DNA from: Pseudomonadota bacterium
Lineage (GTDB): Bacteria > Bdellovibrionota_G > JALEGL01 > DATDPG01
Direction of reading: 5' to 3'
Length of the DNA: 22,253 bases
Assembly (NCBI GenBank): GCA_043804515.1
Contig: JAZDIZ010000071.1
Coordinates: forward strand, 1-22,253
The position numbers and the translations under genes are program-made. Below, one piece after another: positions 6,543-15,462 of the stretch; position 1 is the stretch's first letter, and each line of letters opens with the position of its first letter. Below the pieces are notes generated by a model, which worked only from the letters and a program-made list of their open reading frames with translations, had not been told where the DNA came from and searched no databases.

Positions 6543-7574
6543 TCACCCGGTGGAATCCGGGGGGAGAGTCCCCAAAAAGGCCATGCCCGTGTCTAGCTCT
6601 ACCTGCCGGGGCGACCAGTAGGTCTTGGGACGGAGGACGTTGGGGTCGTTCCGGTGGCGAAGAAGGAAAACGAGGAATCCCGCCAGCCATGCGTAGAACC
6701 ACGCCCCCGCGCTTCGGATCGGCCGGGCCGTCTCGGCTCCCGCGAGAGGGGAGATCTGAAAGTGTTCGGGATCGGGAATCCGCCCTTCGCCCGAGCGGGA
6801 GACGTACAGATTCTCAAACGCTCCGATCTGGCGATCCAGTTTTTCGATGCGCTCCTTCAATTGGTCCCGCCCGGCACGTAAAGCGTCCCGCGGCTCCAAG
6901 GGTTTGGCCATATCGGCGATGCGCTGCTCCTGATTTGAAATCCTGGCTTTCAGTTCCTCGATTCTGCGGCGAACCTCGTCCCGCTTCTGTTCGAAAAGTT
7001 GCGCGCGCGTTCCGTCCCGGTTCGCGGTGATCGCATCGCTCAGGATCTCGAGCTGGCGCCGGCGGTTTACGAGATCCTTCTCGCCCTGTTCCTTCTTGTT
7101 CCTCTGCGCGTCCACGTCCGCCGCGATTTCTTCCGTTTCCTTGGATATCTGCGCCAGGTCATCTTGAACGGAAGCCAACTCCAGGCGGGTCCGGTCCGTC
7201 TCAGCTTTCTTTTCCCGTATCCTCTGGAGAAGAACGGACGGATTGATCCAGCCGACCTGGTCGGGCAGATCTTTCGAGAGGAACAGGCTCCACTTCTTGG
7301 CCAGGCTCCGCCGCTCCACCGTCAGTGCGCATCGGACGCGGGCCGCGTTCTGGTCCGACGTGCAGATCCGGATCCCGGAAGAGGAATCGAGTAACCCCGT
7401 ATCGGAAGCCAATTCCCGCGCCCTCCGATCGACCCAATCGGGGATCGCTTCGAGGGAGTCGAAGGATCCTTTGATCTCGAATTCCGTCTCCACCCGGTAC
7501 GCGCCGGGAACGGAGTACACGACTCCCCAAATGAGAGCGCACCACCCCGCGAGTTCAAGCCACTTAAAATTCAT
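6543..7574 (-). CDS. Membrane-anchored coiled-coil protein with a Wzz/Wzc (polysaccharide co-polymerase)-like topology
   Basis: It has an N-terminal TM segment (WLELAGWCALIWGVVYSV), a long central coiled coil and a second TM segment (AWFYAWLAGFLVFLL). These are followed by YWSPRQVELDTGMAFLGTLP, which resembles the post-TM2 motif of Wzc/GumC proteins. The start overlaps the lnt stop. Confidence 0.6.
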   Translation of the reverse strand: MNFKWLELAGWCALIWGVVYSVPGAYRVETEFEIKGSFDSLEAIPDWVDRRARELASDTGLLDSSSGIRICTSDQNAARVRCALTVERRSLAKKWSLFLSKDLPDQVGWINPSVLLQRIREKKAETDRTRLELASVQDDLAQISKETEEIAADVDAQRNKKEQGEKDLVNRRRQLEILSDAITANRDGTRAQLFEQKRDEVRRRIEELKARISNQEQRIADMAKPLEPRDALRAGRDQLKERIEKLDRQIGAFENLYVSRSGEGRIPDPEHFQISPLAGAETARPIRSAGAWFYAWLAGFLVFLLRHRNDPNVLRPKTYWSPRQVELDTGMAFLGTLPPDSTG

Positions 7575-9117
7575 GCCGCTTGAAAAGACCTAAGGAAGCC
7601 AGGATTAGGACGACTACAAGGGCGATCGTGGCCGCCTGAGGATGCCTCACATAAAACGTCAGCTCCGAGGAGGGAACAATCTGCGCGACGAGGAGCCCTT
7701 GCCGGAACAAACCGATCTCTTGAGAGGTGCGTCCGAGGGGATCGAACCAGGTGGATATGCCCGCATTGGCCGAACGCACGACGAACCGGCGCGTTTCGAT
7801 GGCCCGGAAGCGGCCGAAGCGGACATGTTGAAACGGACCGGACGTCTCGTCGAACCACGCATCGTTCGTGATGTTGACCAGGAACCGGGCCCCCATCCGG
7901 ACCCGATCCGCCGCGAGATCCGGAAAAAGGACTTCGTAGCAGATCAGGACGCCGTAAGGGTTTCCGCGGACGTCCGGAAGCCGGTCCGGCGGCGCCCCTT
8001 TCGAGAAGTTCCCCGCCATGGCCGGAACGATCCGGTACATCGGCAGGACATCGGAGAGAGGGACGTATTCCCCGTACGGCACGAGATGCTGTTTGTCGTA
8101 TCGAAGCTTCACGCGGCCGTCGGGACCCGTGGAAAACGCCGAGTTGGAATAACGGGGGCGATTGTTCACGAGCGTCCAAGTGGACGCGCCGACCAGGAGA
8201 TCGGCCGAACCGGCCTGTCCCGATAGAAACTGGAATTTCTTCGTGTCGGTTGAGACGTTCATCGGGAGCGCGGCCTCGGGCCACACGATGAGGTCGGGTT
8301 TGGCGAGGGCCGCTTCGGCCGTCAACGCCTGATACCGTTCCAGGACCTCGGAGGCCCACTTTTCATCCCACTTCTCGTCCTGGGGGATGTTTCCCTGAAG
8401 GACCGCGACGCGAACGGCAGGTTCTTGTTTCTCCCCGCCCCTCAATTCCGGAGCCGAAAGGCGGTAAACGCCGTACCAAAGAAAGGCCGTAAACAGGACG
8501 GCGGAGAGGCCGAGACCCACACCGGGAATGGGGCGTCTTTCCCGGCGGCAGACCAGCGTTTCCGCGATCACGAAATTGATCAGGAGAACGAGAAAATTGA
8601 TGCCTACGATTCCCACGAGATCTCCGGCCTGGATCATGGGAAGGGCCGAGTAGAGGCCGTACGCCGGGGTTCCCCAGGGGAAACCCTCAAGCGGAGCGTA
8701 CACCCGGGTCCATTCCAGCAACGTGAGCACCAGGGCGCCTACGAGCCAACGGGGTGCCCGGGTCTTCCACTTGGCCATGGCCCAGAATGTGAGAGCGGGA
8801 TAGAGCGCCAGCTCGGCGATCAGCAAGAGGAGGATCGGGACGGATTGCCATGTTTTGAGGCTTCCGTACCTTTGCATCGCCACGGTGACCCAAAAGAAAA
8901 CGCCGCCGTTGGCCAGAAACCCGGTGACATATCCGGCGCGGAAACTTTCGCCGGGAGTTCTCCCATGAAGCGCCGCCGCGAGAGGGACCAGAAAGAGCCA
9001 CACGGCGACGGCGGAAACCGGCCCCGGCACCAGGTTCGGGGTGTACGCCGCCACCGGGAAGCTGATGATCCAGAGCACGGTGCTGGCGGCCGCTGCGGCC
9101 CAAAGACGGGACTTCAC
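7564..9117 (-). CDS. lnt: Apolipoprotein N-acyltransferase
   Basis: It is a multi-TM protein with a nitrilase domain: GFPW, QGNIPQDEKW, IVWPEAA (catalytic E), YDKQHLVPYGEY (K), LICYE (C), NITNDAWF and RAIE..R..VRSANAGIS. The GTG start at 9117 overlaps the ybeY stop (GTGA). Confidence 0.97.
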   Translation of the reverse strand: MKSRLWAAAAASTVLWIISFPVAAYTPNLVPGPVSAVAVWLFLVPLAAALHGRTPGESFRAGYVTGFLANGGVFFWVTVAMQRYGSLKTWQSVPILLLLIAELALYPALTFWAMAKWKTRAPRWLVGALVLTLLEWTRVYAPLEGFPWGTPAYGLYSALPMIQAGDLVGIVGINFLVLLINFVIAETLVCRRERRPIPGVGLGLSAVLFTAFLWYGVYRLSAPELRGGEKQEPAVRVAVLQGNIPQDEKWDEKWASEVLERYQALTAEAALAKPDLIVWPEAALPMNVSTDTKKFQFLSGQAGSADLLVGASTWTLVNNRPRYSNSAFSTGPDGRVKLRYDKQHLVPYGEYVPLSDVLPMYRIVPAMAGNFSKGAPPDRLPDVRGNPYGVLICYEVLFPDLAADRVRMGARFLVNITNDAWFDETSGPFQHVRFGRFRAIETRRFVVRSANAGISTWFDPLGRTSQEIGLFRQGLLVAQIVPSSELTFYVRHPQAATIALVVVLILASLGLFKRHEF

Positions 9118-9539
9118 GGTCTTGTCACGCTCCGAAGAAGTCTTTCCTGCAAGGCGAACATCGTTCTCTCCCCTTTGCGGCACTTGTGGTCATGCCCGAG
9201 AAGGTGGAGAAGGCCGTGCACCGCCAGCATGGCGAATTCCTCGCGCTCGTCCCGCTGAGCCTGTCGGGCCTGTCGGCGGGCGGTGGAAACCGCGATCAAG
9301 ACGTCCCCCAAAAGGCGCCGCCCGCAAGGGGGCTCCGAATTCTGCCCGAAGGAGAGAACGTCCGTGGTTCGATCGATCCGGCGGTATTTGCGATTCAGCC
9401 GGCGCATCTGCGCGTCGGAAATCAGCGTGAGCGAGATCTCGATATTTCGAAGGCGCAATCGGGTGAGAGCCTTGAGCAGGACGCGCCGCAGGAACGCCGC
9501 GATGAGCCGCGATCGCCCCGTGCGGTCTGAGGTCTCCAC
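9114..9539 (-). CDS. ybeY: rRNA maturation endoribonuclease YbeY
   Basis: It contains MRRLNRKYRRIDRTTDVLSF, LLGDVLI and the Zn motif HGLLHLLGHDH. GTG 9539 was chosen as start because it lies 1 nt after the phoH stop; the exact start is uncertain. Confidence 0.95.
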   Translation of the reverse strand: METSDRTGRSRLIAAFLRRVLLKALTRLRLRNIEISLTLISDAQMRRLNRKYRRIDRTTDVLSFGQNSEPPCGRRLLGDVLIAVSTARRQARQAQRDEREEFAMLAVHGLLHLLGHDHKCRKGERTMFALQERLLRSVTRP

Positions 9540-9540
9540 G

Positions 9541-10497
9541 CTATTTGTTTCTTTGAGCCGTTTCATAAGCGCGAACGATCTGCACGACAAGCGGATGGCG
9601 GACCACGTCGGCATCGGAAAACTCCACGAAGGCGATTCCATTGATTTTGGACAGGAGGCCCAGGGCGTGGACGAGGCCCGAGTTTTTTCCTTCCGGGAGG
9701 TCCACCTGCGTGATGTCGCCGGTGATGACGGCTTTGGAATCGAACCCCAGGCGCGTGAGGAACATCTTCATCTGTTCCCGGGTTGTGTTCTGGGCCTCGT
9801 CGAGAATGACGAAAGAATGGTTCAGCGTCCGGCCCCGCATAAAGGCGAGGGGAGCCACCTCGATCACGCCGGTGGATACCAACTCCTGCGCCTTCTCGAA
9901 GTTCATCATGTCGTGGAGCGCGTCGTACAAAGGCCTCAAATAGGGGTTCACTTTCTCGGCCAGGTCTCCGGGCAGGAACCCCAGCTTCTCCCCGGCCTCG
10001 ACGGCCGGCCGGGTGAGGATGATCCGGTCCACCTCTTTGCCGTTGAGCGCGGCGACCGCCATCGCCATCGCGAGATAGGTTTTCCCCGTGCCTGCGGGGC
10101 CCCAGCCGAACACGATGTCGTGCCTGCGGATCGCCTCCACGTACGCCTTCTGTATGAGGGTTTTGGGGCCGATGGACTGGTTCCTCGTGGACCAGACGAC
10201 CGACTCGAGGAAAATCGCCGCCAGATCCTGTCCCGGGTTCTTGCGCAGAACGCGTGCAGCCTGTTCCACGTCGCGGATTCCGATGGGATAGCCGCGCGAC
10301 GCGAGACCGTACAGGGCCCGAATCATGTGTTGGGCCGACTGGCAGGCCCCCGCCTTCCCCTTGAACGTGAGGTCCGTTCCGCGCGCCAGAATCTCCACCC
10401 TTAAGGCCTTTTCAAGGAACGCCAGATGCCGATCACGCTCCCCGAATACCACGCGGGCCAGGTTCACATCCTCGAGATGAAGCGTCCTTTCGCTCAT
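9541..10497 (-). CDS. phoH: PhoH-family ATPase (YbeZ-like)
   Basis: Motifs are GPAGTGKT, IILTRPAVEAGEKLGFLPGD, PYLRPLYDAL, APLAFMRGRT, DEAQN, GDITQVDLP and DVVRHPLV. ATG 10497 overlaps the upstream stop (ATGA). Confidence 0.97.
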   Translation of the reverse strand: MSERTLHLEDVNLARVVFGERDRHLAFLEKALRVEILARGTDLTFKGKAGACQSAQHMIRALYGLASRGYPIGIRDVEQAARVLRKNPGQDLAAIFLESVVWSTRNQSIGPKTLIQKAYVEAIRRHDIVFGWGPAGTGKTYLAMAMAVAALNGKEVDRIILTRPAVEAGEKLGFLPGDLAEKVNPYLRPLYDALHDMMNFEKAQELVSTGVIEVAPLAFMRGRTLNHSFVILDEAQNTTREQMKMFLTRLGFDSKAVITGDITQVDLPEGKNSGLVHALGLLSKINGIAFVEFSDADVVRHPLVVQIVRAYETAQRNK

Positions 10498-11693
10498 TGG
10501 GCCGGCGGTCGACGGGTTAGTTGATATCCGGCCGCTGTGCGCTCGTATAACCACTCCGCTGCGAGGCTCGAAGTGCCCAACTCGTCGAACGTGAGCGGAT
10601 AGGTTCCGTTCTCGAGGTGGTACAGATCCAACAGGTTGACGATTCGGTCGCGCTCCACCAGCACCCGGAGATCATCCAAGAGTAAACGCGATTCCACGGA
10701 AACGCCCTGTTGAGGCTCCTCGAACCGGCTTGAAAAGTCGGACCGGATCCCGAACGCCACCACGGGTAGCGCCAGGCTCACGACAAACACCGACAGGAGC
10801 ATCCTGAAACTGGAGACCATCCAGGAGCCGAGAGGGAGGGCCGTTCCCCCTCCGAACTCATCGGAGACCCGCGTGGGGGACAACTCGGTGACCTTTTCGA
10901 CCAACCCTTGGGCAAGAAGGTCGGCTACCGCCTTCGTGGCGTCGAACGTCCCGAGGCGGCTCAGGTAAATCACCTCCTGAAGCGAACGCCTCCCATCCAG
11001 GAGGCGGAGCACCTTCCTATGGTCCTGCGTGACCCGCGCCCCCGGCTCAACGGGGCTTTTCTCGGTTCCCACTTCGTCCCCGACGTCGGCGAACGATTCC
11101 TCGCTCTGGGCCTCCGGCAGTTCTCCCTCGGAGGAGGAAAATCCCGGCTCGGCGGCTTCCGCGAGAGATCGATACACGCCTTCCGCCGATTCCACTTTTT
11201 CGAGAACCGCAGGCCACTCGTCGAGCATCCGGTACCCGTTCAGCAGCACCGCCTCCGCAGGCTTCGCGTGGATGATCGTGCGGTTGTAGTTGATCTTCTC
11301 GGGCACGAACTCATAGAGCCCCTCGTTCCATTGGAAGATTCGGAAGAGGACCTCCTTCAGCTGGAGCGATACGAACTCGCCCAAAACGGTGGCGTTGATG
11401 GCCCCCATGCTTTTCAGAATGTCCCCGAGGCTCCGGAGCGTGGTCTTTTGGTTCTCGATGGCCTCCGTGAGTTGCTCGGCCGTGATGGCCCTGGCGCGGA
11501 GGAGCATCGTGCCCAAAAGAAAGTCCTCGTCGCTTCGCTTGAAAGTTCCCAGCACGACCTGGCCGGCGTCGAACACGATCTGGGCTTCCTTCTCGCGCCC
11601 TCGGACCATCAGGGAACCTGACTTTCGCTGCTGGCCGATCAGTTGGAAGATGTCGGCCACGGAAAAATCTTTAAGGGTTCCCTTCAGCGCCAT
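10494..11693 (-). CDS. DUF4388 (PatA_N)-domain membrane protein
   Basis: The N-terminus MALKGTLKDFSVADIFQLIGQQRKSGSL...IFQWNEGLYEF is the typical DUF4388 pattern. An LLGTMLL..AITAEQLTEAI segment resembles MshEN/GSPII_N. A TM helix lies near the C-terminus, and an AGGAG RBS sits upstream. Confidence 0.88.
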   Translation of the reverse strand: MALKGTLKDFSVADIFQLIGQQRKSGSLMVRGREKEAQIVFDAGQVVLGTFKRSDEDFLLGTMLLRARAITAEQLTEAIENQKTTLRSLGDILKSMGAINATVLGEFVSLQLKEVLFRIFQWNEGLYEFVPEKINYNRTIIHAKPAEAVLLNGYRMLDEWPAVLEKVESAEGVYRSLAEAAEPGFSSSEGELPEAQSEESFADVGDEVGTEKSPVEPGARVTQDHRKVLRLLDGRRSLQEVIYLSRLGTFDATKAVADLLAQGLVEKVTELSPTRVSDEFGGGTALPLGSWMVSSFRMLLSVFVVSLALPVVAFGIRSDFSSRFEEPQQGVSVESRLLLDDLRVLVERDRIVNLLDLYHLENGTYPLTFDELGTSSLAAEWLYERTAAGYQLTRRPPAQ

Positions 11694-11696
11694 GAT

Positions 11697-13556
11697 CTAT
11701 CTCCTGACCGCAGCGAAAAGTGAAAGGAGGTACGTAACGTTGAATACGACGATCGCGGCGAGACGGTATGGAAACGTCGGGAGTCCCGGCGCGGATTCGG
11801 GGCCGGTCAGGAACCAGCTGTTCGGTACAAACAGAAGGGCGCTCGCGATCGCAGGCACCATGATGATTGAAGCAAGCCCAGGCCTTGAGCGGAAGAACTG
11901 GTTCATGCCGGGGACAAACAACGTAAGCCATCGTTCCCGGGTTTCTCGAAAGATCCGGTGTCTGCGGATTTCGACGTCTTTCTGTTTTCGAGCCTCGGAT
12001 TCGATTGCCTCCAGGCGCACGAACATGTGGTAGCACTGTGAACAAAGCGATTCGTGCTGCACCAGCGGATCGCAAATATCACAGGAAGGAAGACCGCATT
12101 TCTCGCAGCTTCGAGGCTGACGCGGCACTCTCCAGACCTGCGCGGAAAGAAGAGCCAGGAGGTACACGCACCCGATCACGATCCAAAGCGCGGGGACCGG
12201 AAGCATGGGTGCCCAAGCCTTCAGATACCTGTCGCGGATGGCGATCACGTCCGGGGAAATCGACCAAACCCGGGGAGCCAGATCCTGCGAGGCCAGTGTT
12301 TCATCGATGAGAAACCTTCTCGGATCGCGGAACGCGCTGGCTTTGTCCATCGCGACAAAGCGCTCCCCGTTGATGTCTTTCGCTTTCTGATGTGCGAGAT
12401 TCCCCTCCTCCAGCCGGTTTTCCCGGTACAAGATCTTCCCGAGATTGAAAAGGGCCACGTTCGCTTGAGGGGAGGCGGCTACGACGTTCTGGAGCCGCGC
12501 GAGGGCGGACGCGGTCTTTCCCTCCGCGTAGTCGATGTTGGCCAGATTGATCGCCGGCTTGGTCCAGGCCGGATTGAGCCTTTGGGCCTCCTCAAGCAAC
12601 CCACGGGCTTGCAGGTACAAGCCCACCTTTTTTTCGATCAGAGCCAGGGTGAACAGGGCGTCCGAATCCGACGGATGATCCTTGACCCATCTCTCCAATG
12701 CCTGCGCCCGTTCGGGAAGAGCGGTCCCCCGAAGCGGGTTCTCCAGAATCGGGACGGGGCTCCGCTCATAGTTCAGGTGAAGCGCGGGAGCCAGGAAAGC
12801 GAACGGGAGCAAGGCGGCCGGAATCAGAAGCAAAGAAAACAGGGCCTTCTCCGCACGCGGGAGATATCTCCATAGGATCAAAAGGAGGGTGAGCACGGGG
12901 CCGAGCCACCCGATCCAGAGCCAGCTCAAGACCAAGAACACCCCTCCGAAGAAGCTCACCCCGAGCGGGGAAAGACTCCGGAAGCCGTGGGCCCACAGGT
13001 GCGATACCGTGGAGCGGTACTTAAGCCAGAGGAACACCAGGAAGAAGCCGAAGAAAAGGAAATAGGTCCGGGCGCCCAGGAGAAACGCGTTCGTGAGAAA
13101 ATTGAAACGCCCGCCGGTCGCGCTCAAGTTATGTGCAAGCCCGGAAAGGCAGAATTGAAGCGCATCCGGGGCCGAAACGAAAGACTGGCGGAAGCCGCAA
13201 AAGAAATACTCCGTCGCAGGAAAATGCGGGGAGAACTTCCGCGCGTACTCCAGCCGTTCGTGCTGAAGATCGAAGGAGTCTCCGGGATGCTCCTGGATCT
13301 CCTTCAGGAGCGCGAGGGAAACCGTGGGAAGCGACGTGAGGCCGTATTCGGAACGGAGCTCCCCGATCCGCTCCAGGTCCTTCTTGTCCATCACATCATG
13401 CCCGATCGAAAGGACCTCCGCGCGGACGCGCCAGGCATCCGCAATCTGGTCCTGGACCTCTCTCCAAGCTTCGGACGGGGCCGCGGCGCTCTGTGAAGCC
13501 TGCATGAGACCCGCGAGCAGCCCGCAAAGAACGATCTTCCCGCCTGGAAAATCCAT
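11697..13556 (-). CDS. Multi-pass membrane protein with TPR repeats and a Cys-rich (putative Zn-binding) domain
   Basis: ATG 13556 gives a signal-like N-terminus and avoids overlap with proS. It has several TM helices, TPR repeats (DALFTLALIEKKVG, AINLANIDYAEG, ALFNLGKILYREN) and CEKCG..SCDIC..LCSQC. Confidence 0.85.
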   Translation of the reverse strand: MDFPGGKIVLCGLLAGLMQASQSAAAPSEAWREVQDQIADAWRVRAEVLSIGHDVMDKKDLERIGELRSEYGLTSLPTVSLALLKEIQEHPGDSFDLQHERLEYARKFSPHFPATEYFFCGFRQSFVSAPDALQFCLSGLAHNLSATGGRFNFLTNAFLLGARTYFLFFGFFLVFLWLKYRSTVSHLWAHGFRSLSPLGVSFFGGVFLVLSWLWIGWLGPVLTLLLILWRYLPRAEKALFSLLLIPAALLPFAFLAPALHLNYERSPVPILENPLRGTALPERAQALERWVKDHPSDSDALFTLALIEKKVGLYLQARGLLEEAQRLNPAWTKPAINLANIDYAEGKTASALARLQNVVAASPQANVALFNLGKILYRENRLEEGNLAHQKAKDINGERFVAMDKASAFRDPRRFLIDETLASQDLAPRVWSISPDVIAIRDRYLKAWAPMLPVPALWIVIGCVYLLALLSAQVWRVPRQPRSCEKCGLPSCDICDPLVQHESLCSQCYHMFVRLEAIESEARKQKDVEIRRHRIFRETRERWLTLFVPGMNQFFRSRPGLASIIMVPAIASALLFVPNSWFLTGPESAPGLPTFPYRLAAIVVFNVTYLLSLFAAVRR

Positions 13557-13564
13557 AACTTGTA

Positions 13565-13593
13565 AGTTTACAGCGCGCCCTTGTTCCCTCCAA
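13565..13593 (-). promoter_or_regulatory. Putative sigma70 promoter of the TPR operon (leaderless geometry)
   Basis: The minus strand reads TTGGAG-17 nt-TAAACT, ending 8 nt before ATG 13556, with no Shine-Dalgarno. Confidence 0.35.
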
Positions 13594-13637
13594 CTAATCG
13601 TTGACAATGGGGGGCGCGTCGGTTTGTCTCGGGCGTT

Positions 13638-15353
13638 ATGCGATTTTCCACGCTCCTCTGCCCCACGCTGAAAGAAGATCCCGCGGAAGCCGAGACTCCC
13701 AGCCACCGCCTCATGCTGCGCGCGGGGATGATCCGGCAGATCGCCTCCGGAATCTACGACGTCCTGCCGGTCGGTCTTAGGGTGCTGCGCAAAGTCGAGC
13801 AAATCGTCCGCGAGGAGATGAACCGGGCGGGGGCGCAGGAAGTGTACCTGCCGGCGGTCCAGCCCGCGGAGCTTTGGAAAGAGAGCGGCCGATGGGAGGC
13901 CCTCGGCAAGGAAATGCTAAGGTTCCAAGACCGCAGCGAGAGGGAGTACTGTTTCGGCCCCACGCACGAGGAGGTCATCACCGATCTGGTCCGGCGCGAG
14001 ATTCACTCCTACCGGGACCTTCCCAAAAATCTCTATCAGATCCAGGTGAAATTCCGCGACGAGGTCCGTCCTCGCTTCGGCCTGATGCGGTGCCGCGAAT
14101 TCGTGATGAAGGACGCCTACAGCTTCGACGCGGATCAGGCGGGAGCGGAGGAAAGCTACCGCCGGATGCGGGATGCCTACACGAAGATCTTTTCACGTTG
14201 CGGCCTGAATTTCACCGTCGTGGAGGCGGACTCCGGGAACATCGGCGGAAGCATGTCGCAGGAATTCATGGTCCTGGCGTCCACGGGCGAGGACGAGCTC
14301 CTGCGTTGCCCGTCGTGCGATTACTCGGCCAACGTGGAAAAAGCGGACGGCGCGGCGCCCGCGCGGCGGAGCGCGAAGTTCCCCAAGGCGCCCGAGAAAA
14401 AGCCTACTCCCGGAAAGCGAAGCGTGGAGGAAGTATCGGAATTTCTGGGCGTGCCGCCGGAGTGCGTCGTCAAGATGCTGGTTTACAAGACGGAGGAGGA
14501 GTACGTCGCCGTTCTTCTTCCCGGCGACAGGGAAGCGAACGAGGTCCGGCTCAAGGCCCACCTCAATGCCAACATCCTGGGTCTGGCTTCAGGAGCGGAG
14601 ATTCTGCGTCTGACGCAGGTGCCTGTGGGCTTTGTGGGGCCGGTGGGCCTCAAGATAACGAAGGACGGGATCCGCCGGGTTTTGTCGGACAACCTCATCG
14701 AGCAGGGGGAACCGTACGTTGTCGGCGGCAACGCCGAGGACACTCACTGGGTGGGGAGCGTGGCGGGGAAGGATTTCGACCTGGGCACGCGCCTCAATTT
14801 GCACCGCACAAGGGGAGGGGACCTCTGCCCGAAGTGCAAGACGCCCCTGCACTCGGATCGCGGGATCGAAGTCGGGCACATTTTCATGCTGGGAACGAAA
14901 TACAGCGAATCCATGAAGGCGGTGTTCACGGACAAAGACGGCGCGAGCCGGCCGGCCATCATGGGATGTTACGGAATCGGCATCGGCCGGACGGCGGCGG
15001 CCGCGATCGAGCAGAACAACGACGAAAACGGGATCATCTTCCCGGCTCCGCTGGCTCCCTTCGATGTGGCCGTGGTGTGCGTGGATTGGCAGAGGGAAAA
15101 CCACCGGAAAGAGGCGGAGCGCGTTTACGCCGAGCTACAAAAGGAAGGCTTCGATGTCTTGCTGGACGACCGGGACTTCCCGCCGGGCCGGAAGTTCAAG
15201 GACATCGACCTCCTAGGTATCCCCGCCCGCGTGACGATCGGCGAAAAGGCGCTGGCTCAGGGGAAACTGGAAGTAAAGACGCGCCGCGAGCCAAAAGGCA
15301 CGCTGATCGACCCGTCCGCGCTGATTCCTTGGCTCCGCGAAGCGCTGAAATAA
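13638..15353 (+). CDS. proS: Proline--tRNA ligase (bacterial type with insertion editing domain)
   Basis: Motifs are SHRLMLRAGMI, ELWKESGRW, GPTHEE, YQIQVKFRDEVRPRFGLMR.REF.MKDAYSF, GIEVGHIF.LGTKYS and MGCYGIG. The anticodon-binding domain contains DDRD..PG.KF.D.DLLGIP. Confidence 0.99.
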   Translation: MRFSTLLCPTLKEDPAEAETPSHRLMLRAGMIRQIASGIYDVLPVGLRVLRKVEQIVREEMNRAGAQEVYLPAVQPAELWKESGRWEALGKEMLRFQDRSEREYCFGPTHEEVITDLVRREIHSYRDLPKNLYQIQVKFRDEVRPRFGLMRCREFVMKDAYSFDADQAGAEESYRRMRDAYTKIFSRCGLNFTVVEADSGNIGGSMSQEFMVLASTGEDELLRCPSCDYSANVEKADGAAPARRSAKFPKAPEKKPTPGKRSVEEVSEFLGVPPECVVKMLVYKTEEEYVAVLLPGDREANEVRLKAHLNANILGLASGAEILRLTQVPVGFVGPVGLKITKDGIRRVLSDNLIEQGEPYVVGGNAEDTHWVGSVAGKDFDLGTRLNLHRTRGGDLCPKCKTPLHSDRGIEVGHIFMLGTKYSESMKAVFTDKDGASRPAIMGCYGIGIGRTAAAAIEQNNDENGIIFPAPLAPFDVAVVCVDWQRENHRKEAERVYAELQKEGFDVLLDDRDFPPGRKFKDIDLLGIPARVTIGEKALAQGKLEVKTRREPKGTLIDPSALIPWLREALK

Positions 15354-15382
15354 AGCGTTAGATCTCTCGAAAATCCGATCAA

Positions 15383-15462
15383 CCCGAATATTCGGGCCGG
15401 CTGGTTGTGACACCCCCATCCCTCGCTTACGTCTCGGGATGGGGACCCCCAACCCGCCGGCC
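15383..15462. repeat. Palindromic hairpin element related to the 4739-4889 element
   Basis: There is a perfect 14-bp palindrome CCCGAATATTCGGG at 15383-15396. The outer stem 15395-15407/15450-15462 matches 12/13. The inner stem CCCCATCCC 15414-15422 / GGGATGGGG 15436-15444 is a perfect 9 bp. Confidence 0.6.

Noticed and set aside
13557..13802. ORF-track N-terminal extension of the TPR protein
   Set aside because: It overlaps proS on the opposite strand and spans the divergent promoter region.
13874..15361. 495-aa alternative-frame ORF inside proS
   Set aside because: It is an Arg/Gly/Pro-rich off-frame product of GC-biased codon usage.
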